Positions 1 to 12,800 of a stretch of 64,000 nucleotides of DNA are shown one piece after another. The notes under the pieces are model-generated. The model was not told the origin of the DNA. It worked only from the letters and a program-made list of their open reading frames with translations, and did no database searches. Numbering within the stretch: position 1 is the first letter of the stretch; each line of letters begins with the position of its first letter. The DNA comes from Balanoglossus misakiensis (Eukaryota > Animalia > Hemichordata), in the NCBI GenBank assembly GCA_040954595.2, contig CM082593.2:11235477-11299476 (forward strand), in the 5' to 3' direction. A program made the position numbers and the translations under genes.

Positions 1-394
1 AACAAGAGAATAATGAATTCATTAAAAGTGCTGGTAAGAAGTTGTCAAAAATAAACTGTGAAAATCAGTATCGTTCCGCATAAGTTTGAATTTGAAAGTG
101 CCACGAAGATAGCTTTGCTGATGTCCATAGTTTGCTCCCTTGATTTTTTTGGCCAGTTTTGTTGTAAGTCGCAACATGTTATGATGATATTGTATTGTCA
201 TGTAGGAGTAAGACAAGCTACCTAGCAGATAAGTTATAAACAAGATAACTGCTTCACAAATAAATGGTTCACTTCTCTTGAGGCTTGGGAAAACTTGACA
301 GTATAGGAAAATATAGAATTTTAACATGTGATGATGACAATTTTCTATGGCTTTGTAGGAGTTAAAAATGTTCGGAGTTCCACTAGCAACTTAC

Positions 395-595
395 TTTTCT
401 GAGTCATCGATACCTGTCCAGGATGGAAGGGGTGATGTTACTGCAACACCATTCAAGTAAACTGCCACAATGCCTTCTTCAATTACCATGACAACATTAT
501 GCCACGAGTTGTCATCTACTGATACGGTTACACCATTTGTACTGACAGATAGACTTCTGTCCAGGACAAGAAGGGTACTATCAACTTGGGTTAAG
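395..595 (-). CDS. Probable internal exon of a host gene, concanavalin A-like/LamG-pentraxin-type domain
   Basis: Minus-strand acceptor ttcttggcag| next to 595 and donor |gtaagt next to 395; 201-bp open exon encoding VSVDDNSWHNVVMVIEEGIVAVYLNG, resembling the D..WHH.......LY.NG motif of LamG/pentraxin folds. Confidence 0.55.
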
Positions 596-833
596 CTGCC
601 AAGAAATTCAAAACAGAGATTAGACATAAATCGGTGCATCAGCTGGTACTTTTGGGAAATTATCACACTTTTTTCAAACTGCACCACCTTTAGCCCATAC
701 AGAAGTATGCACTGAACTATGTACAAGTATTATGAACCCTAAGTATGAGTGCATATGCAAGTTTAAACCAGACAAATAATAAATCTTCGCCGCAAAGGAA
801 TATGGTCGCCACCGTGAGAAAATGCAAAATACA

Positions 834-2044
834 ATTAAAGTTGCAAGCAGCGTTGGCGGGGCACAAGCGGTTCCCATGGTAACAAGCAAATGCCAAGGCT
901 GTATCTGCTGTGGATACCAAGATATTGGAAAGTAGGTCAAAGGTCACCTGAGGTCACCCCAAATTTGGGCAAAAAAATCGGACCCCATACTAGTCTAGGT
1001 CCAACAAAAACCAAACACCTAGCTCTATTGGTTCGCCTAGAATTAGGTATGCGCATAATTAATGAGGTATTGTGTAAGACTCCATATCTGCTCCATCGGC
1101 CCTCCAAAAGCCAGGACTCTAACTGCTGTGGATGCTGAGATATGGGAAATTAGATCAAAGGTCATCCAAGGTCACCCAAAATTTGGGCATAAAATTTTGA
1201 CCCCAGAGTGGGCCATGTCCAACTAAAACCAGACCTCTAGCCCTATTGGTTAGCCTGGAATTAGATATGCAGAAAAATGATGTTTCAGAAATAGGTCAAG
1301 GGTCATTGCCAAAATTACCAAAATAGTTGTGTCATGTCCTGGCAGCATTGGTACCCATGTCCACAAAATTCATGACTGTGGTGCTTTTACAAGAGGAGGT
1401 ATGGGGATATGCATATATAATTAGTTGTTTTAAAACTGGGTCAAAGGTCATGTCAAAATTGCCCCGAAAAATTGTAACAACTTCCGGTCATATGATGACT
1501 CATATCCAAAAAAAGAATTTACGTGCTGTCAACATTTTGGCTACAAAACAGAATTTTCATTTTTCAATGGTTTTCCGAAAATCCAACATGGCCGCCATAA
1601 TGATCGACCAATCACAGTGCGCTTCGCAAACTTGATAAACATAGGTTAGGTGACCACATACCCCGAATCCTGTGACTCGGCAATCGCTGGTTCTGGAGAA
1701 GAAGATTTTTAAAGTTTTAAGTAGTTTTACAGAAAATCAATTGTAGCAAAAATCTTTATGTGTGACGTCATGATTTCAATGGGGTAAAATGATGGACAGA
1801 AGGTAGGCTACCTGTACACCAAATTTGAACTCGATCGGCCCAGTAGTTTTTGAGAAGGACTCGTTTAACGATTGTCAGGAAATGCAATATGGCCGCCAGG
1901 TCACGTGACTAATTAAATATTCACGAGCCACTGCACGTCTACTCATTGGCCCCTATCACCCTACCAAGTTTCAGCCCCCAAGGTGCAGCGGTTTTCCAGA
2001 TCTACCTGGCCGAATTTCTCGGAAGAAGAAGAAGAAGAAGAAGA
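834..2044 (-). mobile_element. HINE/DINE-1-like non-autonomous Helentron, copy 1 (degenerate, truncated)
   Basis: Terminus ttaaagttgcaagcagc..ggggcacaagcg is a decayed version of that at 2046 and 20516; internal ~200-bp subrepeats (gtccaacaaaaaccaaac..tagctctattggttcgcct); ends in (GAA)n at ~2022-2043. Confidence 0.6.
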
Positions 2045-3160
2045 ATTAAAGCTGCAAGCAGCATTGTCGGGCCCAAGCGCTGATCCGGAATTATATATGC
2101 ACAGTATGAATGAGTAGAAACAGAATGCTCTAGCTGGTGTTTTATCTCATGACATTACAAGGACGAATGTATTTTTGCTGCTGAAATAGAGTAAAATAGG
2201 TCACCTGATGTCACCCAAATTTCGGGAAATTTCTTTTTACCCATACTGGTCCATGTCCAACAACAACCAAAACTCTAGCTCTATTTGTTCGCCTGTAATT
2301 AGGTATGTGCATATTTAATGAGGTCAGCAGGTGTCACAGGTGACCCAAAAATTTGGCTTTACATTCTGGTCCCATCCTGGCCAATGCCAAGGCTGTATGT
2401 GCTCCGGATGCCGAGATCTCTGAAAGTAGGTCAAAAGTCACCCGAGGTCACACAACATTTGGGCAAATTCTTTTGCCCATACTGGTCCATGTCCAACAAA
2501 AACCAAACCTCTAGGTCTATTGGTTCGCCTGTAATTTGTATGCACATAATTAATGATGTCAGCAGAGGTCAAAGGGGTCATGAAACGTAACAAAATATTA
2601 TGATTACACACTAATCCACATGCATCAAAAACCAAACGTCTAGCCCTATAGGTTAGCCTGGAAATAGATATGCAGAAATAATAATGTGTGAAAAGTAGGT
2701 CAAAGGTCATGTGAAAAATCACCAAAAATTTGTAACATATTTTAGTCATATGACGATTAATATCCATAAAAGAATTTGCATGCTATCAATTTTTAGACTA
2801 GAAAAAGGAATTTCAATTTTTCACTGCTTTTTACAAAATCCAATATGGCCGCCATATTTCTCGACCAATCACAATGCTCTTCGCAAACTTGATAGAAATC
2901 AGTGTAGTGACCATACTCCCCGAATCTTGCGAATCAGTTATCACCAGTTCTGGAGAAGATTGTTGGAGTTTTACTATGGTTTTTCGAAAATCCAATATGG
3001 CTGCCATAATCTTCGACCAATCACAATGTTCTTGGCAAACTTGGAAAAAATTGTGGCAAAAAAACTGGAACTTTGACAGCATAATGTCCAATTGCAAAAA
3101 TGATGAGCAGAAGGTAGACTACCTGCACGCCAAATTTGAAGTCAATCTGACTTCAAATTT
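2045..3160 (-). mobile_element. HINE/DINE-1-like element, copy 2 (truncated at a fold-back junction)
   Basis: Terminal short hairpin gctgc-aa-gcagc (2051-2062) and subTIR gggcccaagcgc (2069-2080); body colinear with 19200-20235 and 20516-21235. Confidence 0.7.
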
Positions 3161-5329
3161 TGCGTGCAGGTAGTTGAGGGCGAAATACAAAGTTAGAATG
3201 GACACAATATGTGATTGGTTAATTAGTCACTAGTGATGTGTGGATTGGTTGTAAATAGTTGAACATTTTCATCTGAATCAGTGAAAGTTTTGACAGAGGT
3301 ATTTGTTTGGCTATAAACATATCTTTAATTAAGTGAACAGATCTGTTATTACATTCGTTAACTGTGAAGAGGATGTAGTATAGATATGCCAATATATTGA
3401 GCTGTATAAACGGAGTGTTAACCCAACACGTCTATGGGGTATGAATCTGAAAGCAACTTCATCCTACGCACTTGAATCCGAAAACGAATCTGACTCCAGC
3501 AGAGGCGTTGACCTGAATCCGGTGAGTAACACGTTCATACAATTACATGCAGTTTTTAAATGTGGTACGAATGAGAGAATCGGTGGTTTGAACGTATAAT
3601 ACTTGGTGATGTTGGTTATGAAGTTGTTGTTTAACCAATGGTAGTGTGATTTTGTTTGTTTGTGAGACGATGGCAGTTTTGTAAGATGTTTTGTATTTTC
3701 GTCTCGAGCGAATTCCAATATGGCGGCTATCGTAACGTGTCGAGATTGCTTACTGTATGTAAAGAATCCATGGTACCGTAAGCATGCATGTTTTGGCAAA
3801 TGTTATATATATGTTGAGATGGTGGAGTTTGCTGGATTAAACAGAACAATTAGAGGCTGGGTAAATCAGAGTTTCTAGTGCGTTCCATTCAAGTTGAAAT
3901 TACGAGATAAGCTTCTTTTTGCAGTCAATGTACAAATGATTATGTAGACTGGAAAGGGTTTAGGCAAGCGAATCTCGTGACCGGAAGTGTTGAATTCGGG
4001 CGATCGGTGTGTCATGCGTATGTTACGTACAAGCGTTGGTGAAGTATTATTTCTGTGATGTGTATTTGTAAAGAAAAATAAACTGTGTGGTATTTATGGA
4101 TTGGCTTTTCCAAATACGTAAATACTGCATTTATTTCTGTGAATATTGTATGTTTATGTGATCAAAAGCCCAGGGGTTATCATTGTTGTTTTTATCAGTT
4201 AATTCGATTTGTTTTTGATAATTGACAGGAATTTTGCTTCAAATATTGAACGATCTGTGTGAGTACAAAACAGAAACATTGCTGGATTATTTGTCGTTTT
4301 AGTTGTTTGTAAAAATGTGGGGACAAGCGGAGAATTGGCCAAATATTTTTGTGACCACTGTCTTTAGTGTGTATGCTTTCTGGTGACGACAGTTGTGCCA
4401 AAACATAGACAGTGAAATCTGGCAGGAGCATGAAAAGAACAGTTGACTTGTTAACATATTTTGATGCCATGAAACTATGTTGTGGGCAAGACAATTTATG
4501 TTATCAATCTGTGGTAACCTGTATGTGCCATTTGTATGGAAACTGTGATCAAGATATGAATTTCTGAATATCACAAGCTTGGCAGTGAATTCATTGTTAA
4601 TTGTTATCCTGTTTGTAGGCAATTGTATATTTTCATGTATTAGTTTAAATATAAATGTATTGGTAATTAGTTAATTAAACAGTTTTTTTTTAATTTTCTT
4701 GACAGATTTTGGCTACCAAAGAGTTTGCAAGGTGAGTGTTGGTGCACAACAGTGCATAGTATCATAGATTAACACACTCAGGTGTACATTGTGTCAAATG
4801 TGAATTAGCCTTTTAAATTATTTGTGGAGGAATTGCTTAGTTCTACTATCAGTCACACTGTGGTTAAATATCAGATAGGATGATTGGCCACTGCCATGCA
4901 CCGGCTGTTAATATATAAAAGCACTAGCCCATTTCTTTGAATTTGTTATTCAGGGGTGACGGAAGAAAAACATATTGTAATAGTTCATAGAAATGGTGTT
5001 TATTGAATACATCAGAAAGGAAGGGACTTGTATGTGCAGAACAATCATTGTGCTATGTGGTGTTACATGTAAGACCATTGGATAGTGCCATTTCTTACAA
5101 CAGTGGCTTCAATAAAACATTGGTATGATGTATGTTTCTTGATATACCTGCCTTGTTATTGAACTTGTATATTAAATTGCTAAGTGTAAATCAGGTCTAA
5201 AACAATCGTTTGTGATTTGTGTGAGTACATAATGAAAATGCCAGGATGTAAGGTCATACAGGGGTCAAGATTCAAGCCGTATCAGGTTCTTCAGGAGGGA
5301 AATGCGGTGTCAGTGAATACTGTGTGTGT

Positions 5330-6070
5330 ATTTGTCCGAAATTGGAAATTGTTTTGTGAGGAAATTTCATTCAGATTTGTCTGAATACATTGCAACGTAA
5401 TTGGGAAAATGTCGGGTCATACAGGGTCAGGTCTGAAGCCTTATTTGGTTGTACACAGTGGATGTTGGGGTGTGCATGTATTTGTGTATGTCTGTGCAAA
5501 TTCATACATGTATGCCTATCATTGTACTTGGACTTGATGTTGCTTACTGGTGGAAATTGTTTTGTAAGGAAATTCCATTCACATTTGTCTCAGTACAATG
5601 CAATGTAAATGACAAAATGTCGGGTCATAAAAGGTCAGGTCTGAAGCCCTATTTAGTTGTACACAGTGGATGTTGGGGTGTGCATGTATTTGTGTATGTC
5701 TGTGCAAATTCATACATGTATGCCTATCATTGTACTTGGACTTGATGTTGCTAACTGGTGGAAATTGTTTTGTAAGGAAATTCCATTCACATTTGTCTCA
5801 GTACATTGCAACGTAAATGATAAAATGTCGGGTCATACAGGGTCAGGTCTGAAGTCTTATTTGGTTGTACACAGTGGATGTTGGGGTGTGCATGTATTTG
5901 TGTATGTCTGTGCAAATTCATACATGTATGCCTATCATTGTACTTGGACTTGATGTTGCTAACTGGTGGAAATTGTTATGTAAGGAAATTTCTTTCACAT
6001 TTGGCTGAGTACATTGTAATGGGAATGCCAGAATGTTAGGTCAAACAGGGGTGAGGATTGAAGCCTAAGG
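5330..6070. repeat. 208-bp tandem minisatellite, ~3.5 copies
   Basis: tgtcgggtcata..ggtcaggtctgaag recurs at ~5410, ~5618, ~5826; near-identical ORFs at 5449 and 5657 are 208 bp apart. Confidence 0.9.
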
Positions 6071-6877
6071 GTGACCTGTTTTATTATTTGTTTCTCAACT
6101 CCAGAGGAAGGCAGGGCGGGCGAGCGACATGAAAAAGTACCTTAAGAATTTTTTTGTTTCAAGTGAATGTTTTAACCATTCAGTTTCTACAAGTTTTGAG
6201 TACATTTGTTTCAGTTCTATGTTCTTGCTTTTCAGTTATTGTAATTTCTTACCTTTCAGTCCAGTGTTATGTGCTCTCTATCGTTTCAGTCACAATAATT
6301 AATAGTCCTCCACTTTAGTGCTCTGTTCTTTCATTCTCCACAATTTCTTTGATTTCCTCCGGCCTCGATGGCTTAAGCCATTAATGACAGATGCTGGTGC
6401 GACACGACTGCCATGATGAATGTGTTGTCTTTGCAGACTGATCTGCAAAGTCTCACAGTTTGTCGTTGGGGGCGCTGTTGCTAGGATGATTGCCTCAGAC
6501 ACAGAATCGGCGCAAATAAAAAACGTTTTTTGTTTTATGTTCATGTCAGAGCTGAAATTTACAGTTAGTCGGGAGATGAGGAACACAAAAAATAACAATG
6601 TTGCCGTAATCATGTTTTCGAGCAGAAATAAGTGTGTCTGTGTGTATGCGTCTGTGTTTATACAGGCATGCGGATATATGTGCATTTTTTGAGTTCGCTG
6701 TTGTATTCCTACTTTGTATAGAGTTTGTTTCTATAAATCACTTCTGTCTGTAAAGTTTCCACAACTATTTACTGACTATAATCACTAGTGATGTGATTTG
6801 ATGAGAAGGTTATCTGAAGTCTGGTGGTGAAAGGATAGTAATAAACCTAACTAGACAGTATATTTGCTTTCTTCCAG

Positions 6878-9800
6878 ATGCCACGTAGTAGATACTGGAG
6901 GAAGAAGAGGAGTCAGAAGAAAGAAGATCCTGTTCTGTCTCAGAACAGGAGTGATGGAGAGGAGCCTGTCCTCTTAAAAAACAGGAGTACGGAGATTGAT
7001 ACAGAGGAGTCTGTCCTCTTAAAAAACAGGAATACGCAGATTGTAACAGAGGAGTCTGTCCTCTTAAAAAACAGGAATACGGAGATAGTAACAGAGGAGT
7101 CTGTCCTCTCTAAAAACAAGAATACGGATGTTGTAACAGAGGAGTCTGTCCTCTTAAAAAACAGGAATACAGAGATAGTAACAGAGGAGTCTGTCCTCTT
7201 AAAAAACAGGAATACGGAGATAGCAACAGAGGAGTCTGTCCTCTCTAAAAACAGGAGTACGGATGTTGACATAATCAGAAAAAGTGACAGTTTGAAAGCA
7301 AATAAAGGAACAAAAGTGAACAATGACATATTTGAGACTGGAGATCAATGTGTTGAAAATGATTCAAGTGACGACCTGTATATTGGCAGTGGAACAGGGG
7401 ACAGTGTATATTCATTCTCTCCACTAACTTCTGATGTATGTGTACAGCTGTGTTGCAAATTTGATATTGTAGATAAAAATAATATTGATATTTTCAATAA
7501 ACTTGGAAGTGTTACGATTGGAGAACCATGCAAGTACAGGTCAATAATTGGTGATGGGAACTGTTATTTTAGGTCCTTGTCATATTGTATAAGTGGGACT
7601 GAGCGAAATCACGGAGTTATTCGAACGGCCATTGTGAATCACTTGAAAGCCAATGAGGAAGTATATTTAGGATGGGTAAGGTTAGATGGATATACATCAG
7701 TTGCTGATTATATTGAGAAGTCCAGAATGGATCGTCTAGGAACATGGGCTACAGAAACTGAAATCCTTGCCACTACTAATCTCTTCAATGTGAATATTTT
7801 TGTGTACAGTTTCGATAGTTGGTGGAAACATTCATGTAATGTAATCAATAAAAACAATGTTGATAGAGGTGTTGGTATATACCTGAACCATCGCAATAGA
7901 AACCATTATGAAGTTGTAGAGTGTGTGAAGACACCACAGTTGGAAACATGTCATTGTACACACATTGATTGCAATGAAGTTGTCCCTGTTGAGATTGTGA
8001 CTGGAGAGTGCATGGATGTGACAGACGATGGGAGCTCAACACATATTGGTTTGAAAAAAGAATTCAATTTAGATGAAGTATTTGCAACGCATGGTGAACT
8101 TCAGTGTCTTGAACCAGTAAGAGGTAAGAAACGTGGAAGAGCCATGAGTGAACGGCTGAAAAAGAACCTCAGACGTGAAAAGTATGGAAGTGAAAAAACT
8201 AAATTGAATAAATTAAATGTATGCAATATTGTGAAGAGATGTAAAGCAGCTAAACAATATGAACGTTATCAGACTAATTCTGAATATAGAAGCAACATAA
8301 AATTGGATAGTAGAAAGAGGTACCACGAAGATGTACTATATAGAGAAGAGAAAAAACGTAGACTGACTGGAAGATACAGTTGTGATTTAATATTTCGTGA
8401 AGCACAGAAAACTCTTTGTTCAGAACAGTGTGTGGCAAAATATAAAAATAACCCATTATACAGAGAACAAAAGAAGAGACGGAGTGCAGCACAATGTGTT
8501 GACAAGTACAAAAATGATGAGAAGTTCCGTGAACACAAGAAGAGTCAGTGCGCAGCACAATGTGTTGATAAATACAAAAAAGATGAGAAGTTCCGAGAAC
8601 ACAAGAAGAGTCAGTGCGCAGCACAATATGTTGATAAATACAAAAAAGATGAGAAGTTCCGAGAACGCAAGAAGAGTCAGAATGCTGCACAATGTCTTGA
8701 TAAATACAAAAAAAATGAGAAGTTCCGAGAACGCAAGAAGAGTCAGAATGCTGCACAATGTCTTGATAAATACAAAAAAAATGAGAAGTTCCGAGAACGC
8801 AAGAAGAGTCAGAATGCTGCACAATATGTTGATAAATACAAAAAAAATGAGAAGTTCCGAGAACGCAAGAAGAGTCAGAATGCTGCACAATACGTTGATA
8901 AATACAAAAAAGATGAGAAGTTCCGAGAACGCAAGAAGAGTCAGAATGCTGCACAATACGTTGATAAATACAAAAAAGATGAGAAGTTCCGAGAACGCAA
9001 GAAGAGTCAGAGTGCAGCACAATGTGTTGATAAGTATCGGAAAGATAAGCAGTTTCAAAGACGTCAGAGAAAGCGATGTTTAGAACGGTACCAGCAGGAT
9101 CAGCATTACAAAGAGATTGTATTAGAGAGAAGTCGTATTGAGGGGAAAGTGAAGAAAATGAAAAAGCAAAATATAGAAGATGTTATAATTGATTTTAGGA
9201 ATCAGACTTCAGTTGGGCCAAATTGTGTATGTTCAGTTTGTCACCGGCGACTTTTTCGAAAGCAGGTCCTTGTTTGTAACATGGATAAATATGTGTCCAG
9301 AAATGTGTTTTGTGAAATGAATGCCAAGAAATGCATAACAGAAGATTATGTACACAACTGCAGTAAATTATGTATTGTTGATTGTCCCCTCAAGAGCAGT
9401 GCCGCCAGTAAATTATGGATTTGTCACACATGCCATAGCAAACTCTTGCGTGCAGAGATGCCTGTTCAAGCTGCTGCAAACAATCTTGATGTCAAACCAA
9501 TACCTAATGAATTAAAATGCCTGAATTCGTTAGAGCAACATTTAATTGCACTACATATTCCTTTCATGAAAATGATGGCACTACCAAGAGGTGGACAAAA
9601 TGGTGTTCATGGACCTGTTGTTTGTGTTCCATCTAATATAGAAAAGACCACAAGTATTTTGCCTAGAGGTGAATTGGATGACCAGATGATAAAGGTGAAA
9701 TTAAAGCGGAAATTAAGTTACAAAGGTTGTTATCAGTATCAATTTGTAAACAAAGGACACATTCAAAATGCGCTGGAATACCTACAGAAAAATAATACGT

Positions 9801-12800
9801 GGTATAGTGATGTGAAATTCAATCTCGCTTGGGAAAATACTCTTGAAAAGACTGAAGAAAACATTGATGCTGAAGGTAATGAAAACACTGTGGATAAAAC
9901 TTCAGATACTGAACGCAATGATGTAGCATCAGACACAGAAGGTGGAATTGAGCCTGATAAAGATACTGATGGAATATTCATGGACACATGCTTTCAACCA
10001 GTTGACATTGGTCAGGATATTCTGGATTATCACTTTGACGATATCGCTTGTGTTGCTCCTGGTGAGGATAATAAACCTGTTAGAGTTTTGATGGAAAAGT
10101 TCAATGAAGCGAAGTGCTTTCCTGTGATATTTCCAACGGGGTCACCAACATTTTACGATGATCGAGAGGTTAAGATAACAATAGGACGATATTTGCAAAG
10201 TCGTCTAATGAATGCAAGCAACAGGTTTGCAAAAAGCACAGACTATATATTTTATGCACAATATCGTTCAGAACTTGACCAGGTTGTATCAAATGTGTCA
10301 ATCGCTTTGAGAAAAGGAACTGCCAACGCTTGTGGCAAAAAGGTGACATCTGATGTTCTGACTGATGGGGATTCTTTGAGAGAGATATTGAAGTGTGATG
10401 AAGGCTACAAGTTTTTAAAACCAGTACGAGGGACTCCCCCTTATTGGCAAGCTGCACAGAAAGATATTTTTGCAATGATCAGGCAGTTAGGTATACCAAC
10501 ATGGTTCTGCTCATTTTCTGCTGCTGATTTACGATGGAGAGAAGTACTTGAAACTATCCTACGTGAAGAAGGTGATACACGTAATGCTGAGGATCTCGAC
10601 TGGTCTGAGAAATGTGGCATCTTGAGACGAAACCCTGTAACCGCAGCAAGAATGTTTGATCATAGATTTCACTGTTTCTTGACTGAGGTAATTATGTCAC
10701 CAGCTAGTCCTATTGGGAAGATCAAAGATTATTTTTATCGAGTTGAGTTTCAACAGCGTGGATCACCACACACTCACTGTTTGTTTTGGGTTGAAAATGC
10801 TCCAAAAGTGGACAAAGATTCTGATGAAGATGTTGTTGACTTTGTTGACAAATATGTAACATGTGAAATGCCTTCTATTGAAGAGGATGAGGTACTGCAT
10901 GAGATTGTGAAAACCGTCCAGAAACACAGTTCAAGACATTCAAAATCTTGCAAGAAAAAGGGTACTACATGCAGATTCAACTTCCCCCGACCTCCTTCAA
11001 ACAAAACATTTGTATGCCACCCTTCTGTCAGCATAGATACCGGTACAGAGATGACCAATGATGAGGAGTGTAAGAATGCTAAAGTCACAACACCAGTGGA
11101 AAATGAATTTGAAACTGATTTGCCTCATTTAGATGATACAGCATTGGGTGAGAAAAGGGCTAGACAAATTTTAGAACGAGTGTGGACATGCCTGTGTGAC
11201 AAAGAGCAACACATTGATACTATTGATGAATTGTTTAATGCAGTCGGCATATCTCAAGAGATGTTTGAACAAGCAAATGCAATTTTGGCCAAGAAAACAA
11301 GTGTAGTTCTAAAACGTGAGCCAAGTGATGTTTGGGTAAACCAATATAATGCCAACCTTCTACGTTGCTGGAATGCAAATATGGACATTCAGTTTGTTGT
11401 GGATGCATATGCCTGTGTTGTGTACATTGTGTCATACATCTCTAAGGCAGAAAGAGAAATGGGTTTACTCTTGGAACATGCACAGAAAGAGGCTAACAAA
11501 GAAGGAAATATGGATGCAAAGTCGGCCATGAAAGAGTTAGGTGGTGTATATCTGCACAACAGGGAAATAAGTGCCCAGGAAGCTGTGTATAGGGTATGTG
11601 GTTTGAAACTGAAACAATCATCACGTAAAGTTCAGTTTATTCCAACAGGAGAAAATCAAATCAAAATGAGTTTGCCATTAGCTATAATACAGAAGAAAAT
11701 GAAAGGTGTTGATTTAGATGAGGATGAGATATGGATGAATAGCATTGTAGACAGGTACAAGAACAGACCAAATGGGGAAGATTTCGACAACATGTGTCTT
11801 GCCACATTTTGTTCTGAATACAGAGTGGTTTCAAAATCAGAAATGAAAAATGTGAGTAATGACAAACGGCACAGTCCAATAGTGAAGTTGAAAAACAATG
11901 TCGGTTACATGCAGAAACGATCTAGAAGTGATGGGGCTGTTGTTAGATATGCTAGATTTTCTGTTACCAAATGTCCAGAAAAGCACTATGGCAGTATATT
12001 ACAACTGTTTCTCCCATACCGAACTGAATCACAACTGAAACCTAGTGGATTTGAATCGTATGAGGATTTTTATTGTCTTGGTGCAGTGAAATGTGGCTCT
12101 GCTTCTTTAGAAAAGGTTAAAATGATCGTAGATGCCAATAAAGCATTATTTGAAACAGAGGCTGATGCTATTGATGCAGCTGGACAATTTCTTGATGAGA
12201 ATGGCCATCTTGAAGATGCATGGGCTCAAATATGTCCAGAAAATGAATTGGAACGATTGGAATGCATTGAAGAAGGTAAAAAGTGTTGTGATGATGATCC
12301 GGTGGATGACAGTGATATTCCGGACTTGGTAAAAAAACCTAAAGGTGATGATTGCCATGTAGAACTTTCAAATTCAATGAAGAAATATGAGGTTGAAACA
12401 CTGTGTAGATCGTTGAACAAGAAACAAGCAGAAGTGTTTTACACTGTCAGGAAGTGGTGTTTGGACAAAAGCAATGGCAAGAATCCAGAACCCTTTTATC
12501 TGTTTGTCACTGGTGGTGCTGGTACTGGGAAAAGTCATCTAATCAAAAGCATATATCATGAAGCCAAACGAATTCTAGCTCGTGCAATGCCAGATGTTGA
12601 TGGAATTTCTATTGCTTTAACTGCACCGACAGGAGTCGCAGCATTTAATATACAAGGAACAACTCTCCATCATATATTCTCTATAGCTGTTGACTCAAAG
12701 CTACCATATCAGCCACTGCGTGAGGAAAAGCTCAATACTCTTCGTTGCAAGTTTGGTAACCTTCAAATTTTGATAATAGATGAGATTTCTATGGTAGACA

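Noticed and set aside
5330-6070. CRISPR-like reading of the 208-bp, 309-bp or HINE subrepeat arrays
   Set aside because: Whole units repeat with no unique spacers, no cas genes, and the context is eukaryotic.
6940-9083. Antisense and alternate-frame ORFs over the Helentron repeat tracts
   Set aside because: Shadow ORFs of stop-free tandem repeats within the real CDS.
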